64,000 nucleotides of DNA from positions 868,001 through 932,000 of the forward strand of contig CDPCPM010000213.1 in assembly GCA_976551045.1 (NCBI GenBank). The letters are read 5' to 3'. A model generated the notes under the pieces. It was not told the origin of the DNA. It did no database searches and was given only the letters and a program-made list of their open reading frames with translations. Both the position numbers and the translations under genes were made by a program. Below are positions 12,630-26,770 of this stretch, in pieces (positions within the stretch are counted from its first letter, which is position 1; every line of letters begins with the position of its first letter). The DNA comes from Glaucostegus cemiculus (Eukaryota).

Positions 12630-13570
12630 AATGCATACATTTATTTGTAACAATGAATTAACAATGCAAATAAAAATGGGTACGCTCTAATAGCCAATAC
12701 AGAGATGAGATTGCAAAGCATTTAAGCTTGGGCGTTAAATATTCTGGATGTGTGGACAAAATGGAAGAAGAGGCAGAATAACCCTGATAATAAAGGATGT
12801 GATAATAGCCGTAGATGGAGAGAATCTTAGCTCAAAATCCAGAAGTAGAATCTGTTTAGGTGGAGCTTAGAACAGTAAGGGGCAGAAAGTATAATTGTGT
12901 GGGATACACTTTCAAGAATTGCACAAAAAATGTTTTCAAGATCACTATTTTGTGGAATGAATGAGCAATGTTTGGTCTAGTATTATGCAATGAAAAGGGA
13001 TTACTTTCAAGTGGTAGTTAAGGGGCCTTTTAGGGAAGAATGTTTAAAACATGAACTGAATCACTTAAATCTTGATTCTGTCAATCTGATGAGCTTTAAT
13101 TTAAAAAAAAAAGCTATGAAGTATAAGGTGTGAACTGGCTGTGATAGATTGGAAATATTTAAGAGGTATAGCAGTAAAGGAGCAATGGATGAAATTTAAA
13201 GGATTAATTCATAAAATAAGGTTTACATTTGCTACAAATTAAGATGTGACAATCTCAACAAGAAAAGTGGTACAGGTGTGTCTAATGAGAGAAGTCAAAA
13301 TAGTATTAGATCAAAGAAAAAGGTTCATAACATTGCCAAAAAGAACAGTAAGGCTTGGGATTAGGAAATTTTGAATTTCACTAAAGGGAATCTGGAAATG
13401 GGAAAGAAGAACATGATCATTCCCTAACGAGAAACTTAAACTGGTAAATATTTCTATAAATCTGTAAAAAGGAAAAGATTTAAGTCAACTACACCTGTGA
13501 CAGGTAAAATTTTTTGGGAGCCAGGGCAACGGCAGAGAAATTAAACACTGATTTTTGTGATTCTTCGTGG
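12630..13570 (+). mobile_element. Old CR1 endonuclease/linker fragment
   Basis: Remnants of AITE, ESVWVEL and SDH-coding sequence resembling 63108-63785; heavily mutated. Confidence 0.5.
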
Positions 13571-13677
13571 AAGAAGAATACGAGAAATTGGTCTAAATTG
13601 AATGAGGCTAGGCTAGGACGTTGCCAGTAAGTTAATTACAAACTGTAGCACCAACCAACTCCCACCCACCATCATTG

Positions 13678-14326
13678 TCACCACGAGGGATTGAATTTAG
13701 GAGTAGGGAAGTAATGCTTCAGTTGTACAGGCCCCTGGTCAGACCCCACCTGGAGTATTGTGTTCAGTTCTGGTCGCCTCACTACAGGAAGGATGTGGAA
13801 GCTATAGAGACGGTGCAGAGGAGGTTTACGAGGATGCTGCCTGGAATGAGGAGCATGTCTTATGAGAGCAGGTTGCGGGAACTCTGCCTTTTCTCCATGG
13901 AGAGAAGGAGGATGAGGGGAGACCTGATTGAGGTGTATAAGATGATGAGAGGTATGGATAGGGTAGATAGTCGGAGGCTTTTCCCTGGGGCTGAAATGGT
14001 GGCCACAAGAGGACATAGGTTTAAGGTGTTTGGGGGGAAGATATAGGGGAGATGTTAGGACATAGGTTTAAGGTGTTTGGGGGGAAGATATAGGGGAGAT
14101 GTTAGGGGTAAGTTTTTTACTCAGAGAGTGGTGAGTGTGTGGAAAGGGCTGCCGGAGATGGTGGTGGAGGCGGATATGTTAGGGTCTTTCAAGAGACTGT
14201 TGGATAGGTACATGGAGGTAAATAAGATAGAAGATTATGGGTAAGCCTAATAGTGTGGGGACATGTTCGGCACAGCTTTGTGGGCTGAAGGGCCTGAATT
14301 GTGCTATAGGTATCTATGCTCTATGT
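13678..14326 (+). mobile_element. Young 5'-truncated CR1 LINE (ORF2 C-terminus and 3' UTR)
   Basis: ORF with LYRPLVRPHLEYCVQFWSPHYRKD...RRMRGDLIEVYK...TRGH; tail GGGCTGAAGGGCCTG...CTATG repeats. Confidence 0.92.
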
Positions 14327-14942
14327 ACTCAAATTCCAGGTGTTCAGACAGGGCCTTGATCCTTCAGCTGCCTGATGCCAGGTGGTGGGTTCCCAATTAT
14401 CACTTTCCCTAATCCTTGCAATGTAATGTTGATCTTGATTCCAATTGCTTCCAAAACATTGGAGCTTTCTCTTCCCCCTCCCCACCCCCTCTTCCCCTCC
14501 TCTCCAAAGACCACTACCATCTCTTCATGGTATTGGCTCAATTGTGCCTTTGGGTATTGTACCTCCAGTCCCAACCTCTGAAAGGAGTACCAGATGTTTG
14601 CAGTTACCGATCAGTTGAATCTCACACATCTGAAGTTTTCAGTCGAAGACGAGCAACAGCTTGTCTTTGGCACCTTGCTGCTGCACCTGTTTAGTGCACT
14701 TAATTTTCTAAGCAATGGAAAGACATACAGACAGTGAGAATTGCATTCTTTGTTACAGAGCAGCCCTGTCATTAAACTTTATCAGGACCTTTGACCCTCG
14801 GTCTTTCTTGGTTTCCCTGCATTCCCATGAATCTGGAGTCTGAGGTGTTTAACCAACCATAATAAACAAATTTGTTTTCTGGTGAATGGAAGTCACTGGA
14901 CAGGGAAAAAAATAATCTTGTATTCTTGCTCTGTTATTTAAG

Positions 14943-15040
14943 GAATGATGGTGCAACTTTAAATTCAAATGAGGTTCTCTCTGAAATGCCTGAGGTAGAG
15001 AATCAGCCAGTTAGTTCACCAGTTCATCAACAAAAAAATG
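14943..15040 (+). CDS. NBR1: NBR1 exon (R)NDGATLNSNEVLSEMPEV...HQQKN
   Basis: TTATTTAAG acceptor, G|GTAATG donor; phase 2-1 bridges the flanking exons. Confidence 0.75.
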
Positions 15041-15654
15041 GTAATGTATATGATCATGATTTAACAATATGTTTCCATTTGCAAGAATGTTTGTTTTGTT
15101 GCCCTCATCCTCTTGGTTACTTTTGTGCCAGGTTTTTGGTTTCAGAATAGCTGTTATAGTAAGTTTGTTGATGGTATTGTAGTGATAGGAAACCTCAAAT
15201 ACAAAAGAATTATTTTGGCAGAAGAGTGAAAACAAGCACTAAGGTCTGTACTAATAATGAAGTCCTGCTTGAATGTCTAATTTTAGCTTGCAGTTTTAGT
15301 TCTAATTGCTGATGACAATTATATGAACAAGTCTGGAGGTGCAAAGACAAGAGGCACTTTGTTTTTACCACTTGATGTTTGATTAGATGCAATACCAATA
15401 CTCTGTCATCATGCATATCCTTGCACTATAAATGTGGAGGCAGCTGGCCCTTAAGATAAATGGGGATGATCCTGTTAGAGGAGACACAGAGGAGGTGCAA
15501 TGCCTTATACCCACATAGGAAGAGAAGTCCACATCACACTTCTGTCCTTGGTAATGATACCAGACACAGCTATGTCAGCCATTGCAGGAACCTTGTGCCA
15601 TTCTGTCTGTAGATTAAGGGTTCCACTGGCAAGATGCCCATGGCCAAGTAATTC

Positions 15655-16230
15655 CTTTCTTCTGAGGCAAGAAGAATGGCAAATAATATGTTGACCTTTA
15701 TTTCAAGGAGGTTGAAATACAAAAATGAGAAATATTTGCTGGGATTGTGCAGAGCTTTGGTGAAACTTCATTTGGGATGTGTGTAATTTTAGTTTCCATA
15801 CCTTAAATTTGCCTTCGAGTCAGTACAATGAATTGATTCCTTGGATGAGGAAGTGGGAGAGTAAGATTGATCTATGCCTGTGTTTAGAAGAAGGAGTAAG
15901 TATTATACTGTAAAGTACAAGGGATTGATAAGGTACATGCTGAGAGGCTGCTTCATCGAGCTGGAGAATTTAGGACTAAGGGTTATAGTTTCTGAATAAT
16001 GGCCAGGCATTTGGAAATACAATGAAGGCTGTACATTCATGTGGACTGCTTGGTTATTTGAATGCATTCAGGACTTGATTTATTAGATTTTTTTTTAAAG
16101 GAATCAGAGGATTTATGATCTGTGGCAAATTAGATGAGGCACAGGATGAGTTTTGAATTTCTGAATAGTGGAGCAGACTTGGCGGGGTGGGAGGGGTTGT
16201 AGGATATGAACTGCTCCAGTTTCCCTTTCT
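15655..16230 (+). mobile_element. Degraded CR1 3' fragment
   Basis: ANxMLxFI / ALVKLHL / RTKG remnants and CR1-type 3' UTR. Confidence 0.6.
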
Positions 16231-16969
16231 TGTATACTCTTTTTAAGAACATGATAATCTTTGATAAGGCAGAGCGGCACTGCACTTACTATTTTTAGGT
16301 GAAGCCCTCATTAAAATGTGTTACTAGAGAGTTTCGAAAACATCTCCTGATATTTTTCAAAAGTTGTATTGTAAGCAATAGAAGCAAATGAAACAGTACG
16401 GACAATGTCTTTTATTAGCTTTTAAAATACTGGGTAACTGTTACAACTTCTAATTATCATATTCTTTTTTGGAAAGGATTTTGCCCTAAATATTTGTCAC
16501 CAAAATAAATGTGGCCTCTTTTAATGAACTCTATTGGGCAATTTAACATCTGCTTATCAACCTTCCAGTGGCCATTTCTAGTGTAAGCTTCAGATGTTAC
16601 TATCTTGCAGTGAATGCAGGCTAGGTCAGTGTTTCTGTTTAACACCCTATCTTGGCCACTTTGTGTGCAGTTTAATGCTTGAAATATCTGGTAAAATTTG
16701 TCCCCTGAAAGTTGTAAAAATACTCAGATTTTATCAGGAAAAAAACCATAAACCTTATCCACTGACCAATCATCAATTCCAGATCCAAGAGCTGTACATT
16801 TCAGATTTAATTTGAAAATACCTTTTAACCTGTGCCCAGCATATTGCATTCATTAGTCATTCAATTCAGACACTTTTTAATTAAAAAAAATATATTAAAG
16901 CTGCATGTTTTATGGCTTTTAATTGTCATCTTAATATTTTAAGATAATTGCCATGTCGTTTGTTCTCAG

Positions 16970-17048
16970 TGTCCACAGTTTTGGAACTGGAATGTGCAGA
17001 AGTACCAAGGATCATGAATAATAAACAACTTCAGTGTCCACATTTAAG
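16970..17048 (+). CDS. NBR1: NBR1 exon VSTVLELECAEVPRIMNNKQLQCPHLR
   Basis: TTCTCAG acceptor, AG|GTGACA donor; phase 1-2 is required to join 15040 to 18443; end resembles human LVNSRQKSYDHSR. Confidence 0.75.
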
Positions 17049-18442
17049 GTGACAATGCTATCTGCTTTGTTTGTTTTTTGTTAATCAAAACTTGGTCTAT
17101 AAATTGGATTCCTTCATTTTGGGCCATATGGGAGATATGATTTTGTACAACAATCCAAAGTTAATCAGCAAGCTTTTTTGTTGTGATTTAATTTTGTAGC
17201 TAAAATTCAATCATGTACTTTTGGAACATTGTACAGAATATTGAATCATGTTCTGGGTGTGACTGTTCATTGATGGCTGATGGTTACTCTAGAATAACCA
17301 TGATTTATTAATGCTGCATTGAAGAGACATCCATGAAAGTTGTCCATCTATTTTACTTTGTACCAAAGCCTAGCCTGTGATTCTCCCAGCCTTTCACTGA
17401 ACACCCTGGCCACCAACTCCTGAGCACACCCTGACCATCAATGATGAATCCACAATTTGCACCATTTTTTTTCTGTCCCCATTACCTGAAGTCCCCTCAA
17501 GAAGTAGATCCATTGATGAGCCATTTTCCTCTCCTACTCCTTACTCCAGTATTCCCTTGCCCCTGAAGGCTTGATCAGTTAAACAGACATCTCCACACCT
17601 CCTCCATTGACTCTGCTCAATTGGGCCTAAGAGTACTTGCCCCACCCAAACAGTTGTTGTTGGCAACACATTTTCAAGTCCTTGGATCGTGCAGAAGCCC
17701 TGTGATTTGAGCCCTACTCAATGTTACAGTTGGTCCATGGTCACAGAAAAATACAATGAGCCTGTTTTTATTCTGTTGTAGTAATGGCTTTCTCCATATC
17801 TAGACCAATGTATGCTTTTTCTAATAGAACAGTAGGGCCTGTTGCCTGATTTTAGCGGAGTTGAATTGCTCAAGGTAGTATGTATGTTTTTATTAATAAG
17901 TTTTTTTGGATAAGAGATCCAAATTCCACTGTGTGAACCAACAGAAACATTGCCCACTATTACTCTTGGTTCAGTTACTTCCTACCTTAAGCTCTAGCCA
18001 TTGTGGGTTCAGCTAGGTTGAGCATGTACTGTAGGTTAGACTAGGCCTTCAGTGCAGAATTGAGAAGATGCTACAGTGCCTGAGGTACCAACTTTAAGGT
18101 AAAATGTCAAATTGAAGTCTTCTCTCACCAGTCACTTGGACAACTTGGAGGAAGTCAGGTTAGGATTCATTTATGATGTTGAATATTCTTCTCAGCATTT
18201 GCTGACAGACCTCCCATGTGAAAAGGCAATTTTGGTGGGTGGGTGGGGGGGTGGAAACAAACAGATGGTTACTAGAGCTTTGGCTATCAGTATGTCTGCA
18301 GTCAATCAGTGTTTTCCAGGGAAAGCATAAAGTTGTGTGGAAGAAGTGATTTTTTTAAATTGCCCAATCTTAAATTTTGATTAGTAATTCAAATTAGAAT
18401 CTTTTTACAAACTGAGTCTGTTTTCTATATTTTCATTTATAG

Positions 18443-18542
18443 ACATCATAGTGGCATTGCTGGTGAGCTAGTAAAGGGAGCCCTGTCTGTGGCGGCTTCT
18501 GCCTATAAAGCTCTTTTTGCAGGAGATGCTAATGTGGTACAG
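18443..18542 (+). CDS. NBR1: NBR1 exon encoding the amphipathic helix before the UBA domain
   Basis: HHSGIAGELVKGALSVAASAYKALFAG matches human SIAGGLVKGALSVAASAYKALFAG. Confidence 0.96.
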
Positions 18543-20344
18543 GTATATATTTTTAAATATTCTTTAATGAAATAATTTGAGGACTGTTGTGTGTTTGCAC
18601 AATTCAGAATGTTCACAGGACTTCATTGTCTTTATGAACAATGCAAGCATTTATGCAGATAATGGGTTATACTGGTAATTAAAAGAAATTGGAGTCCTTA
18701 AACAACTTCAGGTATATGCTGGTTTTGGTACTTCCACCTGTTTTCTATTTGCATTTATATGATATGGTGGAAGTCAATTGTTCATTGGTCCTTCTTACTC
18801 GACCCAAAGCCACTTTTTTGTGGTTTTTTTTGCTATCGGAAAAGTTCAATTCTATCCTGATGATCAACATTCCAGAAATAGTGTTCACAGTTGGATTGGA
18901 ATTTTCCATTGGTTATGAATGATGTATTAATGCAATGCACTGTGGCTTGTTAAAATGTGCATTCGCTCCTGAAATTTACCCTGTCATATAGATTGTTAAT
19001 TCTAAACATGTCCCTGAGGGAATTGGCATACTGTGATTAAGGAGTTCCATTTATAGAATTGATTTAACTATTATCTTGCACTATTATTGCAGACAATAGT
19101 AGTCACCTACTATTAGCAGAAGCGCAAGAACTCTGCATGCTTTGTTTGAGACAGATTATGGTGTTCGTGGGAAGGAGTAGGAAAAATGAAATGGGAAAAT
19201 AGTTTGCAGATATTACGACATGACTGCAACAGGTTTCTGCTTAAGTTGGCAATGTATTCAGACATACTGATAATCCTAACAAACACGTATTACACAGCAT
19301 TAGCAAAGTCTTTAATGTTGCATAGTATTTTCCCAGAAAGAATTCTGATTTTATTGCTTTTTTTCTCTTAACATTCTTTCTAACATTTCTTTCTAACAGT
19401 TGGATGTGACCAAAAGAAGGTACAAACATAGTGACTGGGGATGAGCTGGTGGCTTTACATACTTACACTTGATGTTGTCCTCCCTAAAAGGCTGTTTGGC
19501 TAGGATAGTATCAAATGCAAGGATATAAATCCACTTGTATGTTGTTTGGTGGATGGCTCTAAATCTTGGTGTCTAAGGAATTTCCTTAAGGATACCTGGG
19601 TTTTGTGCTTTGGTGTTTAAAATTTTGTGTTTTGTAAGTTTTAGCAATGATTTTGAAGGATGGAGTTGTATCAAGGTGACTAAATTTAAACAAGACTCCA
19701 AATGGAGAGCAGTGTCAAATGACAGTTCGACCAGTGTACATAGACTTGGAGAAAATCAAGAAATACAGGCTTTGTAGAAAGTAAAGAGGCAGATCCAGTT
19801 AAACATGATTACACATAAATTGATGAGATTCTGCACAAGGATTAGTATTGTAGCTCGTATACCAAATAGAAAGGTGATTATGCTTCCTCATCAGGACATG
19901 TAATCAGGGGTTTTGGTGGTCAGTTATCAAAATAATTGGTATAATAATTCAATAAATTAACCTATTGGAAATAACAGGTGCACAGACTGTTAGACTTGTG
20001 GATAGGATTTTAATTTATAAGCCAAGATGCAATTCTGAAATTATCAGTCCTTGCCACTGTGGAATACTCTGATTATTTTGATCTTTATAATTTTATAAGA
20101 AAATAATTTTTAAAAGGATGTATAGATTAATTTCAGGACACCAAACTAGGAGTAGATACTGGCAAAACATTCAAATTATAGTGCACATTGAGTGTGCCAG
20201 TTGTACCCATGAATGCTTCAGCCATGGGTGCCACTGAATGTACATGACATCCCATGCTGAATGCTCATGATAAAGATTGGCCTTGAGCTGAATAGGTTGA
20301 AAAATATATTCAACTCTTTATTCAACTTCATTCCCTCTGCATAG

Positions 20345-20518
20345 GCTGAAGCAGCAGAGAATCAAACAGCACCCCTGATGGATATTCTTTTTGAAATGGG
20401 ATTTTGTGACAGACAACTAAATATGAAGCTCCTCAAAAAGCATAACAACAGTCTCATTGAAGTTGTCAACGAACTTCTCCTCATCAATGAGAATGACTGG
20501 TACGCTGGACGCCACTGA
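20345..20518 (+). CDS. NBR1: NBR1 last coding exon, UBA domain, stop TGA 20516-20518
   Basis: QTAPLMDILFEMGFCDRQLNMKLLKKHNNSLIEVVNELLLINENDWY matches the human UBA (LFEMGFCDRQLNLRLLKKHN). Confidence 0.96.
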   Translation, partial: AEAAENQTAPLMDILFEMGFCDRQLNMKLLKKHNNSLIEVVNELLLINENDWYAGRH

Positions 20519-23500
20519 ATAAACATGAGAGATGTGGACTGCCACTTAGTTAATATGGACCTCTTGCGTGTGCTAAAAGGAAATTGTATACAACAGCTGT
20601 AACTGAGGACATCCACAGGACAATATGATCTGTGAATTCATTTTCAGCAATATGTTTCATTGAATTAACACTGAGTTCAGTTAATTTTGGGGAAAGTGTA
20701 TTTCTCCAGTTCATATTAATCCACATTATAGATTATGTGGGTTTATATAGTGTAAAAAAAATTTCTGGAATAACAAATCCAAAAGAAAAGGGGATCAAGA
20801 TGTGTCTGAGTCTGTTTGATAAATTTTGGAAAATCCATGTTGATGCTGATACCTTGATTTACACTACACAAAAGGCAGTAAGTGTCACAATATATTTTGA
20901 AATGTAATAATCCATGAGTTGGACTCTGTACAATGAAATACTACAGGGAACCTACAGTGAACCTATATCAATGCAATGAGTATACCTTAAAAAGCGCTGT
21001 CAGGAATATGATTTTTATATTGATACTTGCATTGTAGCATATTGTACTTGAGAAAGAAACAACAAACTTTATTTTAGATCAGTTTGGAAGTAATGCAAAT
21101 TATTTCTTCAATATGATTATATATTGATAGCCTACAGCAGCAAATTGCCATTAGGCAGACCCTTTACAGGTCTTCTGTTGGAAATATAATACTAGATCAT
21201 GAGAAGTAGAATGTTTGTAATATTTGAGGTTGGTTTGTGTGCTAGATTCTCCTTCCACAGCCAAATTGTGAACAGCATAAAACTGAGTATTGTAATCTGA
21301 TGGCAGTAGGACAAACTTAGTTTGATATTTTTCTGCTGAAAGAAAATTTCATGCTTTTACTAGACTTTCATTTGCATTTTCTTCTAATAACTCCTGTAAT
21401 GGAAATTGTATGTTTAGAAATGATCACTGCAGCACTTGTTGGCAGCTTCTATATGCTCTGAAGAATTTGGTATCCAGTAAATTAGTTTCAGCTGTATTGT
21501 GTAGTTGATATTTTATTAGGTTCTGGCTATGTTTTGTGTCTGGTTAAAAGCTGCACAGAATAATGCTTGGATTGAAATCCATGCATTTGGCCTCTTGAAG
21601 CTATATAGCACCTTTCAAGGATAATAGGAATTCTAAGAAAGGCTGAGATAGATTAACGGTTATATATTAATTCAGTTTACAGAGAATTCCAAATTTTAAA
21701 AGATCTAGAATTTGCAACTATTGCAATTCATCTGACTAATTCTATTCAACTAAAGAACCCTTTTCTTTATCCTGGAAGGTGTGGTACTACTTTTTAGCAG
21801 TTTTTAATTAAATGCTTCTCAAAACAAAAACTTCAGTGAATACAAGTTTGGACTTGGAATTGTAACGAATTTTTTTTAATGCATCCAAGCTGTGTGCTCA
21901 CTGTGGCAGTGGAGCCTTCATTCAAAAGTTTAACATTTATACTACATTACAGTCAATGAGTATTAAGTACCAACAACTAGACACACACATACACAAACAT
22001 AGAATTCTTCTTATCCAGACCCACAGTATCAAGGATGACTTGTTTCCATTCTAGTTCTGAAAAGCAGAAAGTGCCTGTGTATTTACATAAAATAACTAAA
22101 TCTATGGTCACATGTCCTTTTGGTTCTCTACTTCACCCTGACCTTCCCTCCCACCACCACAACTGTTGGATGTTCACTCTCCCAGGATGTCTCCGACTGT
22201 CCCACTCTCCCTCTCCAGACTCCACACAACCGCACCCCCCCCCCCCAGTACCAGCAGCCACACTGCCTGAAGTCTCCAGCCTAGCCAGGTCTCCTGGGAG
22301 AGGTCTACACTATTCCAGCAAATTTGGTTTACCCAGTCTATATGCAAATTAGTCTTCCATGATTGTTGTATTGCCCTTTCTGCCCTGAAGAAGAGAATAA
22401 AAATAAATACAAATTCTGCCATCATATTTGCTGTCAAATAACTTCTAGAGATCACATAGTATTCATTGTACATTACAATATCTTGACAATATTAATACCC
22501 ATAATGCGAGGATAGAAAATGAGGCATCCACAAATTTTTTGAGCACATCAAGAATATCTAGATGTGCTTTTTTGATTCTCTTTGCTTTCAGTAGAGAAGA
22601 AAAATTTAACTTAAAAATTGTTCTATATGAGGAATTGGTTTTTTGTTAAAGTCGGGTGTTGCGAGTTGTACGGCACCGAGGGACACTAATGCAGAACAAT
22701 TATTCAACTGTTCCATTGGGGCAGGAATTTTCATTATAACAGAGCAAAAGGTATTGTTCACCATATTAATGTTTTTTAAATGCAAGATCTACAAAAGACT
22801 TAAGAATATTAGTGAGAAATCTGGTTTATATATTGTTTAAAAAGTTACAAGAAACTTGGAATTACATAGGTAGTAGTACAATCCAAGCTGCTGCTTGGTT
22901 AGAGAAAGTCACGAATAACCCTATAATCTTCACTTTGACGGTGTATTTTTCCCCCTGCACCTCTTTCTCTGCTGAAACCTTTGATTCTACATTGACTGAA
23001 CTGATGCCTCAATGATCGAATCAATTTGTCAAGAACAGATATTGCTTGATTCATTCATGGACTTAAAAAAGATAATCAAGATAATATGCAGGATATTGAA
23101 GTGTTGTCCTAATTTTGAATTAACAAGTACTTTAACCTATTAGCAATGTGGATGGTCAATCTTCTCAATAAAATAAATTTTAGCATTAAAAACAGTTTGC
23201 TGTTTATTTTTTTGCTGGAGTCTTGTCATTTGTAACAACATAAAAAGGAGTACTTTAAACTGATCTAAACACCTGGAAAATTAATGGGCAAATTATGCAA
23301 AGTTCAAAAATTACTATTTACAATTACTATAAAATGTTTTTGTATGATTTTTGCCATAGAAATCTAGCTAACTATCATTTGTATCTTCTTTGCTGCCAAG
23401 GGGGTTTCATGAGATTTGACCTGATTCGTAAACAAGATTTTGAGTTGGAGATTGCACCAATATTTACATGTTTACAGTGTTGATATACATCTTTTTAACT

Positions 23501-25300
23501 TTGCTCAAAAACAGTTAAAGCAGGGAATTTCTCCTTTAGCTACCATTGGGATTTGCCATTCGGCAAGTTGTATTGAAGTGTTGTATGACTATGAAGATCC
23601 TTGGTGTTTTGGGTTTGATTTGCAATCTACAGTTTTAGTCTGTGCCCCAGGTTATGAGTGCGATGTACCAAAATGTGTGTTGATGCTTTGTTCAGATAAT
23701 TTTGCGGTTATCTTTTGAAATGGGTTGCAAGTGTGTTGTGGGATGCAAAAAAAAGTCATTTTCTTGAACCTGAATACCCTTTCACCACAAGATTAACTCC
23801 AGCCACACTCCAATTATTTTTTTAAAAGCCCAACAGAATAATTTTTTGACATAAGCATTAACATCAGTTTTCTTTAACAGTGTAAGGTTGTGAAATTAGC
23901 ATCTTAGCAGTATTTTAGCATAATTTAAAGCTCCGATATATGTTGATGTCGTATTGCACAGGGATATCTTGGCTCAGCAGATATTTTATATTGACAGTAG
24001 TTTACAGAGCAAAACTTCAAACCAAACTGGATTCACGCTTGCATTTGGCAACTTAACAGGTTCTCTCTGTACCATTTCATCATTGGTATAAGAATCCAAA
24101 GAGGGACAGATAACAAACTGGAGTCAAAAATCTATTGCCATGTTTCAAGTGTCTGAAAGATGCACCAAGAAGGGATCCATTGAACCACTTCTGCAGTTCA
24201 TCTGCACTCTTTTCGTAAATTATGTACAAAAAAGGATTGGTGGACTTACTGCAAAATTTACAGTACCTTTAAGATTGAAAATTAATGCTTCAGTAACTTC
24301 TGATGGCTTCATTTGCGCATTGTCTACATTTGCATGTAATTGTCCTCGAGCCCATTTTAGAGTATGTATTATTACATAAAATTACCCCATCGTTCTCTAC
24401 AAATCTGTATTTTTCTGTTCCTTTGAAATGTGATGTAAATGGAATATGATTTCTTTTTAGATGAATAAAAATATTGTTTAAATGAAGTTCTCATCATTAA
24501 TTCTTTTTTCACCATTTTTATAATAACCTAAAGCTCAGACTGGTGTTGTGGAAACTGCATTCTGTATCTTTAGAGATGTAGGTCAGGATAGATGTGATGC
24601 TTGCTCTTGACCTTTAGGCAAAATGTCCTGCTGTCAGGCAAAATATTTTCAGATTAATAGACAGGTTTGTTCTGTTGTTCATCTTATTGACCACCTGAAA
24701 TATTTATGGTCTTTTTTTGAAGTATTAATAGCTTTGAATTCTGTACTTGTGCAGGGAAATCTGCCAGGGCTCTGCCTTCTCCCATTGCAGATGTATTCAG
24801 TAATATGGGCCAAACCTACATTTAAGCTATTACACACTGTTAACCCATTTCCCATATTAGTTAAGGGACAGTTTTGTTAACCAGTCTTAGTTAACATGCC
24901 TTCCTGATTGCATTTTGTTTTGGGTGTTTGTACAATTTTGTTTTATTATGAAATCTGTAGATTATGCTTTGAAAACAGTTCAAACTTAATACGTGGAGGT
25001 TTCATTAATATGTTAGCAATAAAATGAGGTTAAAGCCCATCTTGGACTTTTTCATTTGTGTACCAGTTATGAATGTATACAACCTGTAGATAATGTTTGT
25101 TGATTTTTGTTTTACAAATGGAGGTTTTCCGATGGAAAAAATACTGCTTGATTTGGCCACTATTTTAAAATAAAAAATATTCCAGTCACTAGATGAGATG
25201 CTGTATTCTAGCTCCTAATGTAGAATTTATACCCTACCCGTTGGTTTTAATGGAAGTGATCGACTACTGAGAATTCAAATAAAAGTTTTTAATTTTAAGA
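20519..25300 (+). other. NBR1: Putative long NBR1 3' UTR with several AATAAA signals (22396, 23167, 24464, 25018, 25278)
   Basis: AT/U-rich, no recognisable LINE or SINE over about 4.8 kb, unlike the introns; true 3' end unknown. Confidence 0.5.
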
Positions 25301-26554
25301 TTTTTCAGATGTGTTATTTTTAAAAATACTGCATTTTAATCTGTCATAATCAAATCTCAAAAGTTGTTAACTTGGATCTTTTTTAAGGCAATGTTTTAAG
25401 TTTAAAATTTTCGAAGTATTTCAAACATTCTCAGATGTTTATAAAATAATTAAGTCTTGAATAGCTCTAAATTGCTCTAATAGCTCTAAACTTGTTTGAC
25501 TCTGGTCATATTTTGTGGATGGTTGTAGTTTATGGCTATAGCACATGATATCCCTTTTACATCGTCAGGCCATCGTGATGTGGAGGGCCTCTTAGCAAAG
25601 GATCCTCCGAGCATTTGCTATTCCAACAAGGAGGATCTTGTTTCTAAAATCTAGGTCAAGTTGGCATATGTGATTGCTCTTTGCGTGGGTGTAGTTTGAA
25701 GGTCTGGCCACATGGTGATGATGCAGAGCATTTGTGAAAGAGCATCCATTATTTGCTTTTGGAACACCGGAGAAATATAAAGGTGGCATTAATAATACCT
25801 TCAGAAATTGTATTGCCTCTTGGCTTTATCAGTAGCAGGCTTAAGTGACCACTATGTCTGCTACACTTTGAAATTATGGGTCAGAAAGCTCAAGGTTACA
25901 GCAATGCATTTTTTCCTATGTAGAACTATATGTTTTCAACCCATTCTCTTAACCCCCCCCCCCCCCCAAAATCACTTATCACTAACAACAAACTTGAAAA
26001 TTCTGTGGATTTGATTTGGAGCTACTGGCAATTTATGACAATTGCCTGGTCTCGTGGAATTTCATCTCGCAAATCAAGTCTGGGGAACCATTGTCCATTA
26101 TCCTTTTTGCTGCTATGTGAAGTCAAAGCTGAGTTTATTGTCACATGCACAAGTATATGAATACACGGGTGCAATGAAAAGCTTACTTGCAGCAGCAGCA
26201 GCAACAATGCATATAGAGGAATCTTCCCAGTAATGCCAGTGCACCAGTCATAGGACCAGGAATGTATCTAACGGGATGAGCTCACCGGTGCTTCTTTGGT
26301 AGTTGGGAGAAGAGTGTTTTTTTAAAAAAACTGGTCTGTACATCAGATTAATAGTTATAGTTTTTTTAGCCCCTGTGATGTTATCAGTGTCCATTTCTCA
26401 ATTATTCCATGCCCCATTTCATTTGAGCTCATTCCAGGTACCACCCTTATCAAGTTATAAGTAACTATAAGGGCGTTTCTTTCATCTTCTCACCATTCAT
26501 TGTGGAATAGTTTTGTTGTAACGGCTCAGTGAGGGTAAAACAATACTCGATTTC

Positions 26555-26770
26555 AACAGGAATCTGAAGCAACAACCGATCCGCTGGAGGAATTCAGCAG
26601 GTTGAGCAGCACCTTGGGGGGGGGGGGGGTGGAATTGTCAGTTTTGGATTGAAACCCTACATCAGGACATTGACAACTCCTCCCCTCCCCCAACAGATGA
26701 CCCACTGAGTTCTTCCAGCCGATGGTTGTTGCTCCAGATTTCAGCATCTGCAGTCCCTTGTGTCTCCTTT
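26555..26770. repeat. Palindromic Penelope-derived-type element
   Basis: GGAATCTGAAGCAACAACCGATCCGCTGGAGGAATTCAGC and GAGTTCTTCCAGCCGATGGTTGTTGCTCCAGATTTC are inverted arms. Confidence 0.65.

Noticed and set aside
26444-26473. Short hairpin CCCTTAT..AGTTA-TAAG-TAACT-ATAAGGG; GTAACTATAA resembles an LSU rRNA/I-CeuI site
   Set aside because: Only about 10 nt of similarity with no flanking rRNA homology; such hairpins arise by chance in AT-rich DNA
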